Made by a program: the position numbers and the translations under genes. The notes below the pieces were generated by a model. The model ran no database searches. It saw nothing but the letters and a program-made list of their open reading frames with translations, and was not told where the DNA came from. Source: a virus (Duplodnaviria > Caudoviricetes). From it: a DNA stretch of 43,728 bases. The stretch covers positions 1 through 43,728 of the IMG/VR virus record IMGVR_UViG_3300036987_000306, one strand, 5' to 3'. How positions within the stretch are numbered: the first letter of the stretch is position 1; the number at the start of each line of letters is the position of its first letter. Below, piece after piece: positions 27,324 through 36,128 of this stretch.

Positions 27324-28783
27324 TTATCCTGCCCCTCCGATATTCGACTTTCAATATTCCTACTATTCAACTCCGCGCTCCCCAGGTCCATCAAAACAGA
27401 CCTTACTTCCTCATTTAAAAACACCAGCTCCGATAAGCGCCGGGACAGCTCCGGGAATGCCCGCGACCATGCAGGCTGCTCATCTATTTTAAGCCGCTCA
27501 GGACTCACACGGATCGTTACCTGGGGCCACTTTTTAACGATGGCGACAAACTTTTCAAGAGAAGAGATTTCCGACCCCACCTCTTCAACAGCATCATTCA
27601 ATAAGTCCAAACTTCCAACCATCTCGGATACCGGCCCTTCCTGAACCCTAACCCCTTGACCCTCAACCCTATCCTTCCACTTCCACGCCTCCGGCAGCCC
27701 CGCCCGAATCCATCCGGCTATATCGAGCCCGGCCTTGAACGCATCTCCCGGATCCTTACCTTTTGGGACCGGCCAGCGCCGATGGCTCTCCGGAAACCGC
27801 TCTTCCCACCAGGCAATCGCTTTTCTGCCGGCCTGATCAAAGTCAAGCGCATTCAGGATCACCGGAACCGTTTTCAATATCTCGTAAGTTTCTAATTCCG
27901 GATGCCGCTGGGCGGATCCCAGGGCAACCACTCCGATCTTGTTTGCCCGGATCTTCCCATACACCATTATCGCATCGAGCTCGGACTCGATGATTACATA
28001 CGCCCTGCAGGCGCCACCCGGGACCATGCACCGCATACCCGATCCTGGCAGCACATAATATTTCGGCTGATCCCGCTCGGTCCGGATACGAATCCTTTCA
28101 ATAACAGGGATCGGGGACCGGAAATCAGGGACAAGTAAGGGAATAATAAACCCGACTGGAATCCAGAGCTTTTTCAAGGTTTTCCCATCATCCTTATACG
28201 CTGGCTCCAAACCCCAGGACTCCCGGGGCCGGTACAGATCCTTCCCATCCTCTCCCGGATTCCAGCCGAGCCTGAATTCTTTTGCCCGGGCGAGATCTAT
28301 CCCGCGAGCCTCCAACCATTTCAGCCTGGCATCATTTTTCAGCAGACATTCATGCGCCCAGTACACCAGCTTTTCCGCTTTTTCCCGCCAAAGTTCAGCC
28401 GGTGGAATCGCCTTGTCCGGCACGTACTCGGTTGTTTTGCTTTTCGGCTTTTCCTGACCCCTGAACCCTGACCCCTGAACCCTGGCTTCCGAGCCCTCTA
28501 TCTCTACCCCATACTGCCCTGCGAGCAGCATCGCCGCATCAATAAATCTGACGCCGTCTTTTTTGACGAGAAATTCAAACACATCCCCGGCCGCTCCGCA
28601 CCCAAAACAATAAAACATTTGTTTATCCTGGGCGACCGAGAACGAAGGCGACTTCTCCGAATGAAACGGACACAACCCGAAGAAATCCATCCCGTTCTTC
28701 TTGAGATCCACCGACCGCCCGACAACCTCCACGATATCCGCTGCAGCCTTGATCCTCTCGATTGTTTCGGATGGTATGTTCAT
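27320..28783 (-). CDS. DnaG-like primase (CHC2 Zn finger + TOPRIM)
   Basis: GLCPFH.EK.PSF..., FYCFGC, ESELDA, LD.D.AG, GKDP.D. Confidence 0.9.
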   Translation of the reverse strand: MNIPSETIERIKAAADIVEVVGRSVDLKKNGMDFFGLCPFHSEKSPSFSVAQDKQMFYCFGCGAAGDVFEFLVKKDGVRFIDAAMLLAGQYGVEIEGSEARVQGSGFRGQEKPKSKTTEYVPDKAIPPAELWREKAEKLVYWAHECLLKNDARLKWLEARGIDLARAKEFRLGWNPGEDGKDLYRPRESWGLEPAYKDDGKTLKKLWIPVGFIIPLLVPDFRSPIPVIERIRIRTERDQPKYYVLPGSGMRCMVPGGACRAYVIIESELDAIMVYGKIRANKIGVVALGSAQRHPELETYEILKTVPVILNALDFDQAGRKAIAWWEERFPESHRRWPVPKGKDPGDAFKAGLDIAGWIRAGLPEAWKWKDRVEGQGVRVQEGPVSEMVGSLDLLNDAVEEVGSEISSLEKFVAIVKKWPQVTIRVSPERLKIDEQPAWSRAFPELSRRLSELVFLNEEVRSVLMDLGSAELNSRNIESRISEGQDK

Positions 28784-29169
28784 TCAGGCAAGAGCCTTTC
28801 TTTTGTTGCAATGCCGATCTCGCATTTTGAGCAATGGTCAACATTTTCAGCCGTGCCGGATAAGTCAAGACACTCAGCCCGCGTTATTATCTTGCCGAAT
28901 AAGGGGCATTTAACCTTATCGACTTCGGGATCGCCGAGCAGGAGATCTATCGCTGTTGTTCCATCCATCAGATTCATGCGCTCAAAATTACGCATGGCCC
29001 TTTTGTTTTTAGCCTCTGATGTGTGCATTTGTACTACCGAGTTCAATATTTTCACCTGAACATTTAAAATATCGATTTTAATTTTTAACTTATTTTCAAG
29101 ACCTTCTGCTTTATCAGCATCCGACAGCATCTTGTTTGAGTCCATCATCATTTTTGTAATTTGATTCAT
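28780..29169 (-). CDS. Hypothetical coiled-coil protein with C-terminal Cys cluster
   Basis: AGGAG RBS; overlap-coupled with the primase. Confidence 0.55.
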   Translation of the reverse strand: MNQITKMMMDSNKMLSDADKAEGLENKLKIKIDILNVQVKILNSVVQMHTSEAKNKRAMRNFERMNLMDGTTAIDLLLGDPEVDKVKCPLFGKIITRAECLDLSGTAENVDHCSKCEIGIATKERLLPE

Positions 29170-29812
29170 TTTTAATCTCCTCTAGCTGTGTTAGCATATC
29201 TTTCACGGCCTGCTTTCTAACCAAGATTTGCATTTGAAGCTGCTTAGTTTCTGTATTAATTTCCACGCCTTTTTTATTTAAAAAGCTTTTTACATATGTA
29301 TCTAATATGCTGTTTTTTATAATTGTTTTATGGGCTATCTTTTTCATTGCAGATGAAAGCATTGTACTAATTCCGACATTTAAAGTTATACCAGCGTATA
29401 AAATAGTGCCAGATTTACGCTTTTTGAGACCAATGGTACCCATAATAGTTCCAAATTTTTTTTGAGAAATAGCTTCTGTTGGTGCATTTTCAAGGCACCA
29501 TTTAATAAAAGCATTATATATGTTTGTTCCGCTAACCTCTTTTCCATGATCAAAATAACAGCATTCTTTTATAAAACGTGTAACTGTTGAAGAATAAGCA
29601 AGTACGTTTTTATTACGAGATTCAGACTTGATAATCTCTTTGACTAATGGCTTAGGTAACTTATAATCTTTTTTTATGCATTTTTTTAAAATAGATATAT
29701 GTTTTAAGGCAGTTGCAAGTTTTGTTTTTGTTCTATTGTGCCTTGCCACTTCAGAATAATATTTAGATCTCATTTCAGCTTCCGTGCAGTAATTTCGGGG
29801 TAATTTACTCAT
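29114..29812 (-). CDS. AT-rich gene carrying a D5/P4-alpha C-terminal winged-helix domain
   Basis: FIKECC...IY.AF.KW......SQKKF...G...RKSG...Y.GI aligns with the C-terminus of 30032-31744. Confidence 0.65.
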   Translation of the reverse strand: MSKLPRNYCTEAEMRSKYYSEVARHNRTKTKLATALKHISILKKCIKKDYKLPKPLVKEIIKSESRNKNVLAYSSTVTRFIKECCYFDHGKEVSGTNIYNAFIKWCLENAPTEAISQKKFGTIMGTIGLKKRKSGTILYAGITLNVGISTMLSSAMKKIAHKTIIKNSILDTYVKSFLNKKGVEINTETKQLQMQILVRKQAVKDMLTQLEEIKNESNYKNDDGLKQDAVGC

Positions 29813-29827
29813 ATCGTATTCCTTATC

Positions 29828-29997
29828 TGGAACATTCGTGGAACATTGAGGAAAACCAAAAAATAAAATATCAAGAAAATCTAATACTTAGTTTTAATCA
29901 TGGAACATTGGAAGTTATATGCGCTATTAATTAAAGTATGTTTATATTTTTAATATTTTTGACACTTTGAGAACAGGCTCCAATCTTCCATCTTCCA
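29828..29997. other. Putative replication origin (TGGAA(C/G)ATT iterons around an AT-rich core)
   Basis: Direct copies at 29828, 29839, 29901; inverted copies at 29982-29997; directly downstream of the D5 helicase. Confidence 0.55.
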
Positions 29998-30031
29998 CCA
30001 GAAAAAATGAAACTTTTGAAGAAAAAAAATA

Positions 30032-31744
30032 TTATCCGGCTAATAAACCGATACCAAAATAACTCATGACACCTTTTTTCCTTCTCTCGAAACCGGCAGC
30101 CTGTAAAAGCTTGCTCAGTTTTTTCTGACTCAGCCCTTTTTTCGAAACATTCTTCAGGAACCATTCATTAAAACTGTCATACAAATCTGATGCCGTGGAA
30201 ACGGCTTCCGGGTCCCGGTAACAATATTCCTCTATGAAATCTTCGAGTATATCCTCTTCGCGCTTGTATTCCTGCGTAGCATCCAGGACAATCGCCGGCG
30301 GATCCAAACCTCTTTCCTGCCATTCGATACAGCCCCGAACCAGACGGGCCAGAATCCCCGAAGCCTCCTTTTGAAGCTTGCCCTGCAAATACAGATCGGC
30401 CAGGCGCTCGTTTGCGGCACGGGGCTCCCTGTTTACAAAACTGATCTTGAACGGAATCAGGATCATGCGCTCCCACATGGCAAAATCATAAGCGGAGGCA
30501 TGAGGCTTGTTATTCGTGAGCAGAAAAAGGCAATGGGTGGGAGTGAAAGATATTTCCTGTTGCGCAAAAGGCGAACGTCCGACCAGGGTATCGCCACCGG
30601 AAAGCCACTTTACTCTCGAGGAGGAGAATCGCCGCCCTTCGTCAGTCTCCGATGCAACGGCCAAACGGAGACCTTTTAACGCCATGATATCCGGAGACGG
30701 ACCCGCAGCGCTTCGGGATCGCCCCTGATCGAGAAGCATCTCTGACTGTATCGGCGCCGCAAGCGGGCCCAAAACATGAAGCAGGGTTTCTATCAGGATG
30801 CCCTTGCCATTCTGGCCCTGGCCGTGCAGCATTACAAATTTCCGCTGGGCCGTGAGACCGGTAATGGCATATCCGAACAATCTATCGAGATACGATATCA
30901 GATCCTTGTTTCCCTCAAAGGTTGTATCCAGGAACTTATCGTATTCCGGCGCCGGTTCATTAATCCCCTTCCATTCATGCGGGCATGCACGCAAAATAAA
31001 TTCAGCCGGGCGCCCTGGGCGGAGCTCGCCGGTCCGCAGATCTACAACTCCATTTTTGCAGGCGATAACCCAGGGATCCAGATCAAACCCATCACCCGGG
31101 ACCGCAAGCGGCTCGTTTTTAGTATGAGCACAGACAAGGCAATTCCGCCGGCCACGATCCGCCCGAAGCCTGGAAACCCGCTTGTATATTTTATCATGTA
31201 CCTCTTTGAGCCTTTTTGCCTCATCGTCTTTGCCATCTTTGACGGCATCGTATCTCTTATATGATATATTAATGGCTTCCTGCAGGTACCTGTCACAGAC
31301 ATTTTCCGCGGAAGCGAGGGCATTATTCATAATATCGCGCTCCCAGTGATGGCCTGCCCAGACGTACCATTTCTCATCGGTTTTATTAAAAACATACTTG
31401 CCCTGGTGAAGTGCTGCATAAAGCTGACCATCTCCAACCTCGTTTTGTTCCAGACACTCGAGCACGAATTCCGAACTCACCTCACCCGGCGCCGGAAGTT
31501 TATTCGCGGCCTCTTTGCTTTCCGCCCGGCGCTGCTCCAGCTCCTCGGCGACCCGTTTTTCGACCAGCTCTTTGATATCATCTTGAGGATTCAACTCTCC
31601 GCCGGATCCCTGATCCACAACCCCTGATCCCTGAACCGCTTGTATTTCCCCGCCCGGATCCTGAACCTTCTGGTTCTCACCTTCTGGCTCCTGCCCGCTT
31701 TTCGATCCTTGGTCCCCCTGGGTTTTCTGCTCGTCTCCGCTCAA
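30032..31744 (-). CDS. P4/D5-family SF3 helicase (D5-N + ATPase + winged helix)
   Basis: NGVVDLRTG, Walker A GQGQNGKG, SE Walker B, K.LSGGD, TN.KP. Confidence 0.92.
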   Translation of the reverse strand: MSGDEQKTQGDQGSKSGQEPEGENQKVQDPGGEIQAVQGSGVVDQGSGGELNPQDDIKELVEKRVAEELEQRRAESKEAANKLPAPGEVSSEFVLECLEQNEVGDGQLYAALHQGKYVFNKTDEKWYVWAGHHWERDIMNNALASAENVCDRYLQEAINISYKRYDAVKDGKDDEAKRLKEVHDKIYKRVSRLRADRGRRNCLVCAHTKNEPLAVPGDGFDLDPWVIACKNGVVDLRTGELRPGRPAEFILRACPHEWKGINEPAPEYDKFLDTTFEGNKDLISYLDRLFGYAITGLTAQRKFVMLHGQGQNGKGILIETLLHVLGPLAAPIQSEMLLDQGRSRSAAGPSPDIMALKGLRLAVASETDEGRRFSSSRVKWLSGGDTLVGRSPFAQQEISFTPTHCLFLLTNNKPHASAYDFAMWERMILIPFKISFVNREPRAANERLADLYLQGKLQKEASGILARLVRGCIEWQERGLDPPAIVLDATQEYKREEDILEDFIEEYCYRDPEAVSTASDLYDSFNEWFLKNVSKKGLSQKKLSKLLQAAGFERRKKGVMSYFGIGLLAG

Positions 31745-31896
31745 CTCGGCATCCTATCAATGCTTATACTTATAATATTAATTGCTTATTAGTCATATGT
31801 TCAACAGTTACGCCCGTAACCGTCCACAACCCCGGAAATATCCGATATTTCCACAATTCCATTTTTCATTTCAAAAATTCCCCGGACACAAAAACC

Positions 31897-31939
31897 GGGG
31901 CTCGAACTACCCTATTCACACACACGCCAGGGAGGACCC
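31897..31939 (-). other. Putative cos site (cosQ-like GGGTCCT followed by GGGTAGTTCGAGCCC)
   Basis: GGGTCCT equals lambda cosQ; a partly symmetric GC-rich element starts 18 bp downstream; lambda-type terminase present. Confidence 0.5.
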
Positions 31940-31943
31940 GCGA

Positions 31944-32699
31944 CTATTTTAGATTAAGGCGCTGGATCTCTTTTTCAATTCTTTCGTGGAGGATAGCCGG
32001 CCATACTTTATTGACTGTATCTTCGCCGATTTTATAATAATTGAAACGCGGTTTATATGAGGGTTTTTTTGTAAAAACCAGAACCGGTTTAATCCTGTTT
32101 GCAACCTTTGAATAGATGCCAGGCGGCAGATTGCCGCGCCGTTTCTTTAAGGCAAAATATGTTATGCCGAGGCTGCTTCTGGTCCCTTTGGCCATAGCAG
32201 CCTTTTTTTTAGCTGTAGTGTTAGCACTATATCCGGCGGTCATTTCAGCAGATCTGAAATATGAAAGCATCCGCATTATCTGCCCCCGGCTCATATTGCC
32301 GTATGCATCCAGCTCCGCGTTTGCTCCGGGCATAGCATACATACCGCTGGGAAGCACGCCGCTGAATTGAAAAGCCTTCTCTGATCTCTTAAGATTACGA
32401 TCTCCGCCAAAGATTTCAGGGCCTAACCATTTGGCTGCACCCGGGCCTTTTGACATGGCATCTTTTAAAAACACCTCAGAGGAAAGGCTGGATGCCGTTG
32501 CCGATTTAAGATACAAACTGTTTAATGTATAAGGTGTAGGCCGATCAAAAACGGTCTTCATTTCAGAGACAAGCCTTGTTTTTACCCTCTCTGCCGTGAA
32601 TGTAAGGGCTTTTGCTACAGCGCCAGGGAATTGTTTGCCGAGCTCTTTTATAGATCCATTGACTTTGTCAAGGCCATCCACCTTAATACTTATCTCCAT
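31944..32699 (-). CDS. Minor tail/neck protein (gpZ-like, FDRPTP family)
   Basis: A.AL..TA, FDRPTPYTLNS, GG.R..KR.E, LDAYGN motifs. Confidence 0.7.
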   Translation of the reverse strand: MEISIKVDGLDKVNGSIKELGKQFPGAVAKALTFTAERVKTRLVSEMKTVFDRPTPYTLNSLYLKSATASSLSSEVFLKDAMSKGPGAAKWLGPEIFGGDRNLKRSEKAFQFSGVLPSGMYAMPGANAELDAYGNMSRGQIMRMLSYFRSAEMTAGYSANTTAKKKAAMAKGTRSSLGITYFALKKRRGNLPPGIYSKVANRIKPVLVFTKKPSYKPRFNYYKIGEDTVNKVWPAILHERIEKEIQRLNLK

Positions 32700-32796
32700 A
32701 TCGACCTCCAGTAATGATTGGACTATTGGATGTAATAAAAAAGTAAAAACAAGGGGGCGGCGTCCCTAAAAAATCTGGCGATAAAAAAACAATCAG

Positions 32797-32994
32797 TTAC
32801 TTCCAGGCAAAATACCCCCACACGGCCAGCGCGAAATATACCGCAAAAAGAACAGCCTGGGCATATAGACCGGCATCAAGATCTACCCACACCCAGGCTG
32901 CATTTGTAATACCCCATATAATAAAGCAGGAGCGCTTACGTTTTATATTAAGGATCACTCCGGCAATACTCCCTGCTGTTAATAGCCACATCAT
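32797..32994 (-). CDS. Small PnuC-like three-TM membrane protein
   Basis: G..LN..., W...N, Q..LF..Y...A.WG...W pattern. Confidence 0.6.
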   Translation of the reverse strand: MMWLLTAGSIAGVILNIKRKRSCFIIWGITNAAWVWVDLDAGLYAQAVLFAVYFALAVWGYFAWK

Positions 32995-32996
32995 AT

Positions 32997-33272
32997 TTAT
33001 AAGCATCCAAAGAACTTTGTGTGCGTGCCGATCCGGCAAGCCGGCCATTGGATCGACACGATGGCGTTCGGGGTTAAAGATTCACCAGAAAGTCGGGAAA
33101 CAGCCCGATAAGCTCTATCGAACTTCTTCCGGCCCGCTTTGATATGAACGGTACCGGCGCCGGCTACGTGGTTTATAAGACAAACTTCAACCCTATAATG
33201 TTTCTTTACCCGTGCCCGTTCATTCCGCCCTGGCCGTTGCGCTTTGCGTATTTTATTGCTCGGCTTACCCAA
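32997..33272 (-). CDS. Basic hypothetical protein
   Basis: In operon; RBS GGAGG. Confidence 0.45.
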   Translation of the reverse strand: MGKPSNKIRKAQRPGRNERARVKKHYRVEVCLINHVAGAGTVHIKAGRKKFDRAYRAVSRLSGESLTPNAIVSIQWPACRIGTHTKFFGCL

Positions 33273-33492
33273 GACCGGTTCCTCCCCCTACTAATCCTCC
33301 TCCACACAAACTCTTTTCCATCTTCAATACCAGCCATTCAGCAACTATTATTCGGTGATATTCGATCTCAACCTGTGATCTGGCAAAGCGGATCTTTTTG
33401 CCGGATCCGGCCAATACAACTTCAATACTATTGGCCCTGCTTGTATCGGTGATATCGGAGATCTCAAATACCTTTACCGGCCCATTTATCAT
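33265..33492 (-). CDS. Hypothetical protein
   Basis: Overlap-coupled with its neighbours. Confidence 0.5.
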   Translation of the reverse strand: MINGPVKVFEISDITDTSRANSIEVVLAGSGKKIRFARSQVEIEYHRIIVAEWLVLKMEKSLCGGGLVGGGTGLG

Positions 33493-33716
33493 CTACCGCT
33501 CCCAGCCTTAAATTCAGCCTCATACTCTTCCTGGCATGCGACACAACGCTTTGCCCAGGGCGCCGCTTTCAACCTCTTTTCAGGAATCAGGCAATCGCAA
33601 TCCTCGCAAAAGCCATCCACTACGCCCGGGCGCCGCACCTCAGCACGGATATTACCCACCGCATCCTGAAGAAGCTCTTCGGCTCTATCTTGAGCCATAT
33701 CAATTATATCAGCCAT
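33489..33716 (-). CDS. TraR/DksA C4 zinc-finger protein
   Basis: MAD..D.AQ, CxxC...IP..RL.A.P...RCxxCQ. Confidence 0.9.
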   Translation of the reverse strand: MADIIDMAQDRAEELLQDAVGNIRAEVRRPGVVDGFCEDCDCLIPEKRLKAAPWAKRCVACQEEYEAEFKAGSGR

Positions 33717-33881
33717 GATTTATCCTGCACAAAGCCCAGGCAATAAAACAAACCACCACAAAAAATATTATTATAAACACCATAAGCCCAGGTTGGTGCC
33801 CCGTTTGCAAGGAAGGCTGCCCCAGTTCAGCCTGCCAGCTACTTTACCCGTCGGGGTGGCCGGGGATAGGAGTGCCCGAAA

Positions 33882-34316
33882 TTAGACCCCTTTATGCGCC
33901 TCGGCGCCGGGCGCAATGGCCTTCAATATTCCGTATCCGGCAATATCCTGCCAGGGATTCTCGCCGAACGCATCTTTGTTTGTAGCGATCCGGAACATCT
34001 TATCTATGATGCGGATCATGGCCAGGACATCATCGTACTGCTCCGGTTTGATTCCCTGCGGGTACATCTCCCGCAAAATATTCCCTGATTTGCGAAACGA
34101 ATCCCCGTAAGCTGCGTTCTTTTTATCCACCAGCTCGCCGATCTCCTGACCCAACTCCTCATATCTGCCCGGGAATCGTGTATACTGGCTACCCGGACCA
34201 ATTACCTGTGTTTCCTCGCCTGCTTCCGCAGCCTCTTTTATAACCCTGATTACATCCTCAGAAGAAACACCCTTAAACAACTCCCTTAAAACCTTTTCAG
34301 CATCCATTCCCATCAT
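33882..34316 (-). CDS. Nucleotide-modification-associated / DUF1599-like all-alpha protein
   Basis: KN.AYGDSF, DK..R, ..W.DIAGY.IL motifs. Confidence 0.6.
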   Translation of the reverse strand: MMGMDAEKVLRELFKGVSSEDVIRVIKEAAEAGEETQVIGPGSQYTRFPGRYEELGQEIGELVDKKNAAYGDSFRKSGNILREMYPQGIKPEQYDDVLAMIRIIDKMFRIATNKDAFGENPWQDIAGYGILKAIAPGAEAHKGV

Positions 34317-34323
34317 CTCCCCC

Positions 34324-34629
34324 TTATTCTCTCGGCTCATGGCGGATTGCCATCTGAAATCTCGCACCGTTCAACGGTAAAAAATGAAGCATTGTGCTTT
34401 CATTCACCGGCAGCCAGAATTCACGCCCCTTGCTTATCTCGTAGCTCAAATCAGCCACCGTTAACGAATTAAAAGGCATGATTCTCGCATGGGCCATTGA
34501 GGCTGTAGATATGCTCTCATGGTGCATTCTCCAGGCATAACCCAGGCCCACGCCTATCAGCATAAAAAACATTACACACATCAGCCAATCATGCCATTTA
34601 AACCCATCTGTATTAAACGCCCTTGCCAT
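34324..34629 (-). CDS. Single-TM hypothetical protein
   Basis: GGAGG RBS; hydrophobic segment. Confidence 0.5.
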   Translation of the reverse strand: MARAFNTDGFKWHDWLMCVMFFMLIGVGLGYAWRMHHESISTASMAHARIMPFNSLTVADLSYEISKGREFWLPVNESTMLHFLPLNGARFQMAIRHEPRE

Positions 34630-34888
34630 GTTTACCTCCCTCAAGAAGCTTCAATTTACGCTGGTTCTGTTCAAACCGCTTCTTTGCCTTCTTGTCGATC
34701 CACAGCTTTTTGCCCGTTTTCTCGCTTACGATATATTCTAATTTTTTAATTTCTTTGCTTTTAGACGGCAAAAGGGAGTTGAGGGCCTGCTGGATAAGAT
34801 GCAGGGATCTTATTGTATCATCGGCCGCCCTCTTAATTTCTCTGATACGCGTTTGCGTATCTCTGGAAATCTGCATCTTAGAACTCAT
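34613..34888 (-). CDS. Basic hypothetical protein
   Basis: ATGA overlap with the CII-like gene. Confidence 0.5.
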   Translation of the reverse strand: MSSKMQISRDTQTRIREIKRAADDTIRSLHLIQQALNSLLPSKSKEIKKLEYIVSEKTGKKLWIDKKAKKRFEQNQRKLKLLEGGKHGKGV

Positions 34889-35346
34889 ATTTTTCCCGTA
34901 ACCTTTTGCGTAAATACTGCCACCTGGCGGATCAGCTCCCACGCTTCTTTTTCTATGCGCCTGGACTCGGTGCTTGTTATCTTGCCGTCAAGGAGCGCAC
35001 CCGATGCGGCCTGTGCCAGCTCCCCGAATTCCTTAATGGTCTTTAAGAGTTCTTTCTGCAGCTCGGATGGTTTTTCTGCGGTTTTTGATATTGGGATAAG
35101 GATTAGATTGTACTTTTCGGCAAGATATCGGATGGGAGCCAGGGCATCTGCTTCCGATACTCCGCACTTTATGGCGGTATCAATGATTTCCTCGATGCGG
35201 TCCAGCGGGTTATATGCTCCGCTGTCATCATAATCGGCTGTGGGTTCCTGCCATTTGCGGATCAGGCTGCTTGACAGGTGCAGCTTTTTGGCGACTTCTA
35301 CCGTATTTCCTGAAATCGCCTTATTTATAGCCTCAAAACTTCTCAT
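34885..35346 (-). CDS. Phage CII-like regulator
   Basis: N-terminal HTH; C-terminal E.GEL......AL.DGKIT..E...I..E motif; downstream of cro. Confidence 0.7.
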   Translation of the reverse strand: MRSFEAINKAISGNTVEVAKKLHLSSSLIRKWQEPTADYDDSGAYNPLDRIEEIIDTAIKCGVSEADALAPIRYLAEKYNLILIPISKTAEKPSELQKELLKTIKEFGELAQAASGALLDGKITSTESRRIEKEAWELIRQVAVFTQKVTGKI

Positions 35347-35419
35347 TGTATTACCAACCCCCTATTAATTTATAATTGCAATGATTGTTTGATTCGTGTA
35401 TTTGTACACCTAATGCCTT

Positions 35420-35653
35420 TCAGGCTTGTTTATCGGGCATTTCAATGAGAATATCGTGCAGAGCATTCAACACTTCCTGCGCCTTTGCCCCGGCACGGTA
35501 GCCCGATAAAGCATTGTAAAGGGTGTTCCTGTGAACGGGCTTGCCGAGCTTTTCAGAAACCTTCGCTAATAACTCGATCCGGTGCCCGTTCTCGATGCCA
35601 CGGTCGATCATGAGTTTTTTGATTGTTATGGTGAATTCTGTGTTTGGTTCCAT
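35420..35653 (-). CDS. Cro-like HTH protein
   Basis: IK.LMID.G, LA.....G.....TL..ALSG.R; divergent from the repressor. Confidence 0.7.
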   Translation of the reverse strand: MEPNTEFTITIKKLMIDRGIENGHRIELLAKVSEKLGKPVHRNTLYNALSGYRAGAKAQEVLNALHDILIEMPDKQA

Positions 35654-35684
35654 TTGTTAAGTCCTGATATAAAGGAAACCCGAA

Positions 35685-35924
35685 ATGACCAGAGAAGAAA
35701 TATTCATACAAATAATCTCGGAAGTTTCCGGTAAAGAAAAACAAGAAATCAAAGAGCTTTTAAATCAGTTTAACGAAGCCCATCCTGGCGGAAAATGGGA
35801 TGAGCAAATCCCGGACAAAGAAGCCGAGGTGCTAATAGCCAGCCTGCGAAGCGAGGGCTCCGGTATCCTGGCCTGGCTGGTCAGAGGTGCCATGGCAGTT
35901 GCTCGGCACGAAGGGCACGCCTGA
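35685..35924 (+). CDS. Small antisense-oriented hypothetical protein in the early operon
   Basis: AAGGA RBS; 79-aa helical ORF. Confidence 0.5.
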   Translation: MTREEIFIQIISEVSGKEKQEIKELLNQFNEAHPGGKWDEQIPDKEAEVLIASLRSEGSGILAWLVRGAMAVARHEGHA

Positions 35925-36038
35925 TAGAATCGCCTGGCCGAGCATATTTCTGAGCCTGTTTATTGATGCTTCGCGACCTAATGTCTCGTTTAAAAAATTT
36001 TGAAAGAGCGGGGCTTCTTCATTAAGGCCTTGAGGCAT
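35832..36038 (-). CDS. First ORF of the early leftward operon, hypothetical
   Basis: AGGAG RBS; 3' end overlaps the antisense ORF. Confidence 0.35.
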   Translation of the reverse strand: MPQGLNEEAPLFQNFLNETLGREASINRLRNMLGQAILSGVPFVPSNCHGTSDQPGQDTGALASQAGY

Positions 36039-36059
36039 TGGTCATCTCCTGTTTTAACG

Positions 36060-36128
36060 GTTAATATTGATTATGGTTTGGTAAAATACACTATAAGTTT
36101 ATTAAGTCAAGAAAAAAATACACGATAA
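36060..36128. promoter_or_regulatory. Divergent immunity region with repeated operator-like AAAATACAC(T/G)ATAA
   Basis: Copies at 36083-36096 and 36115-36128; TTGACT -35 on the minus strand between them. Confidence 0.55.
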
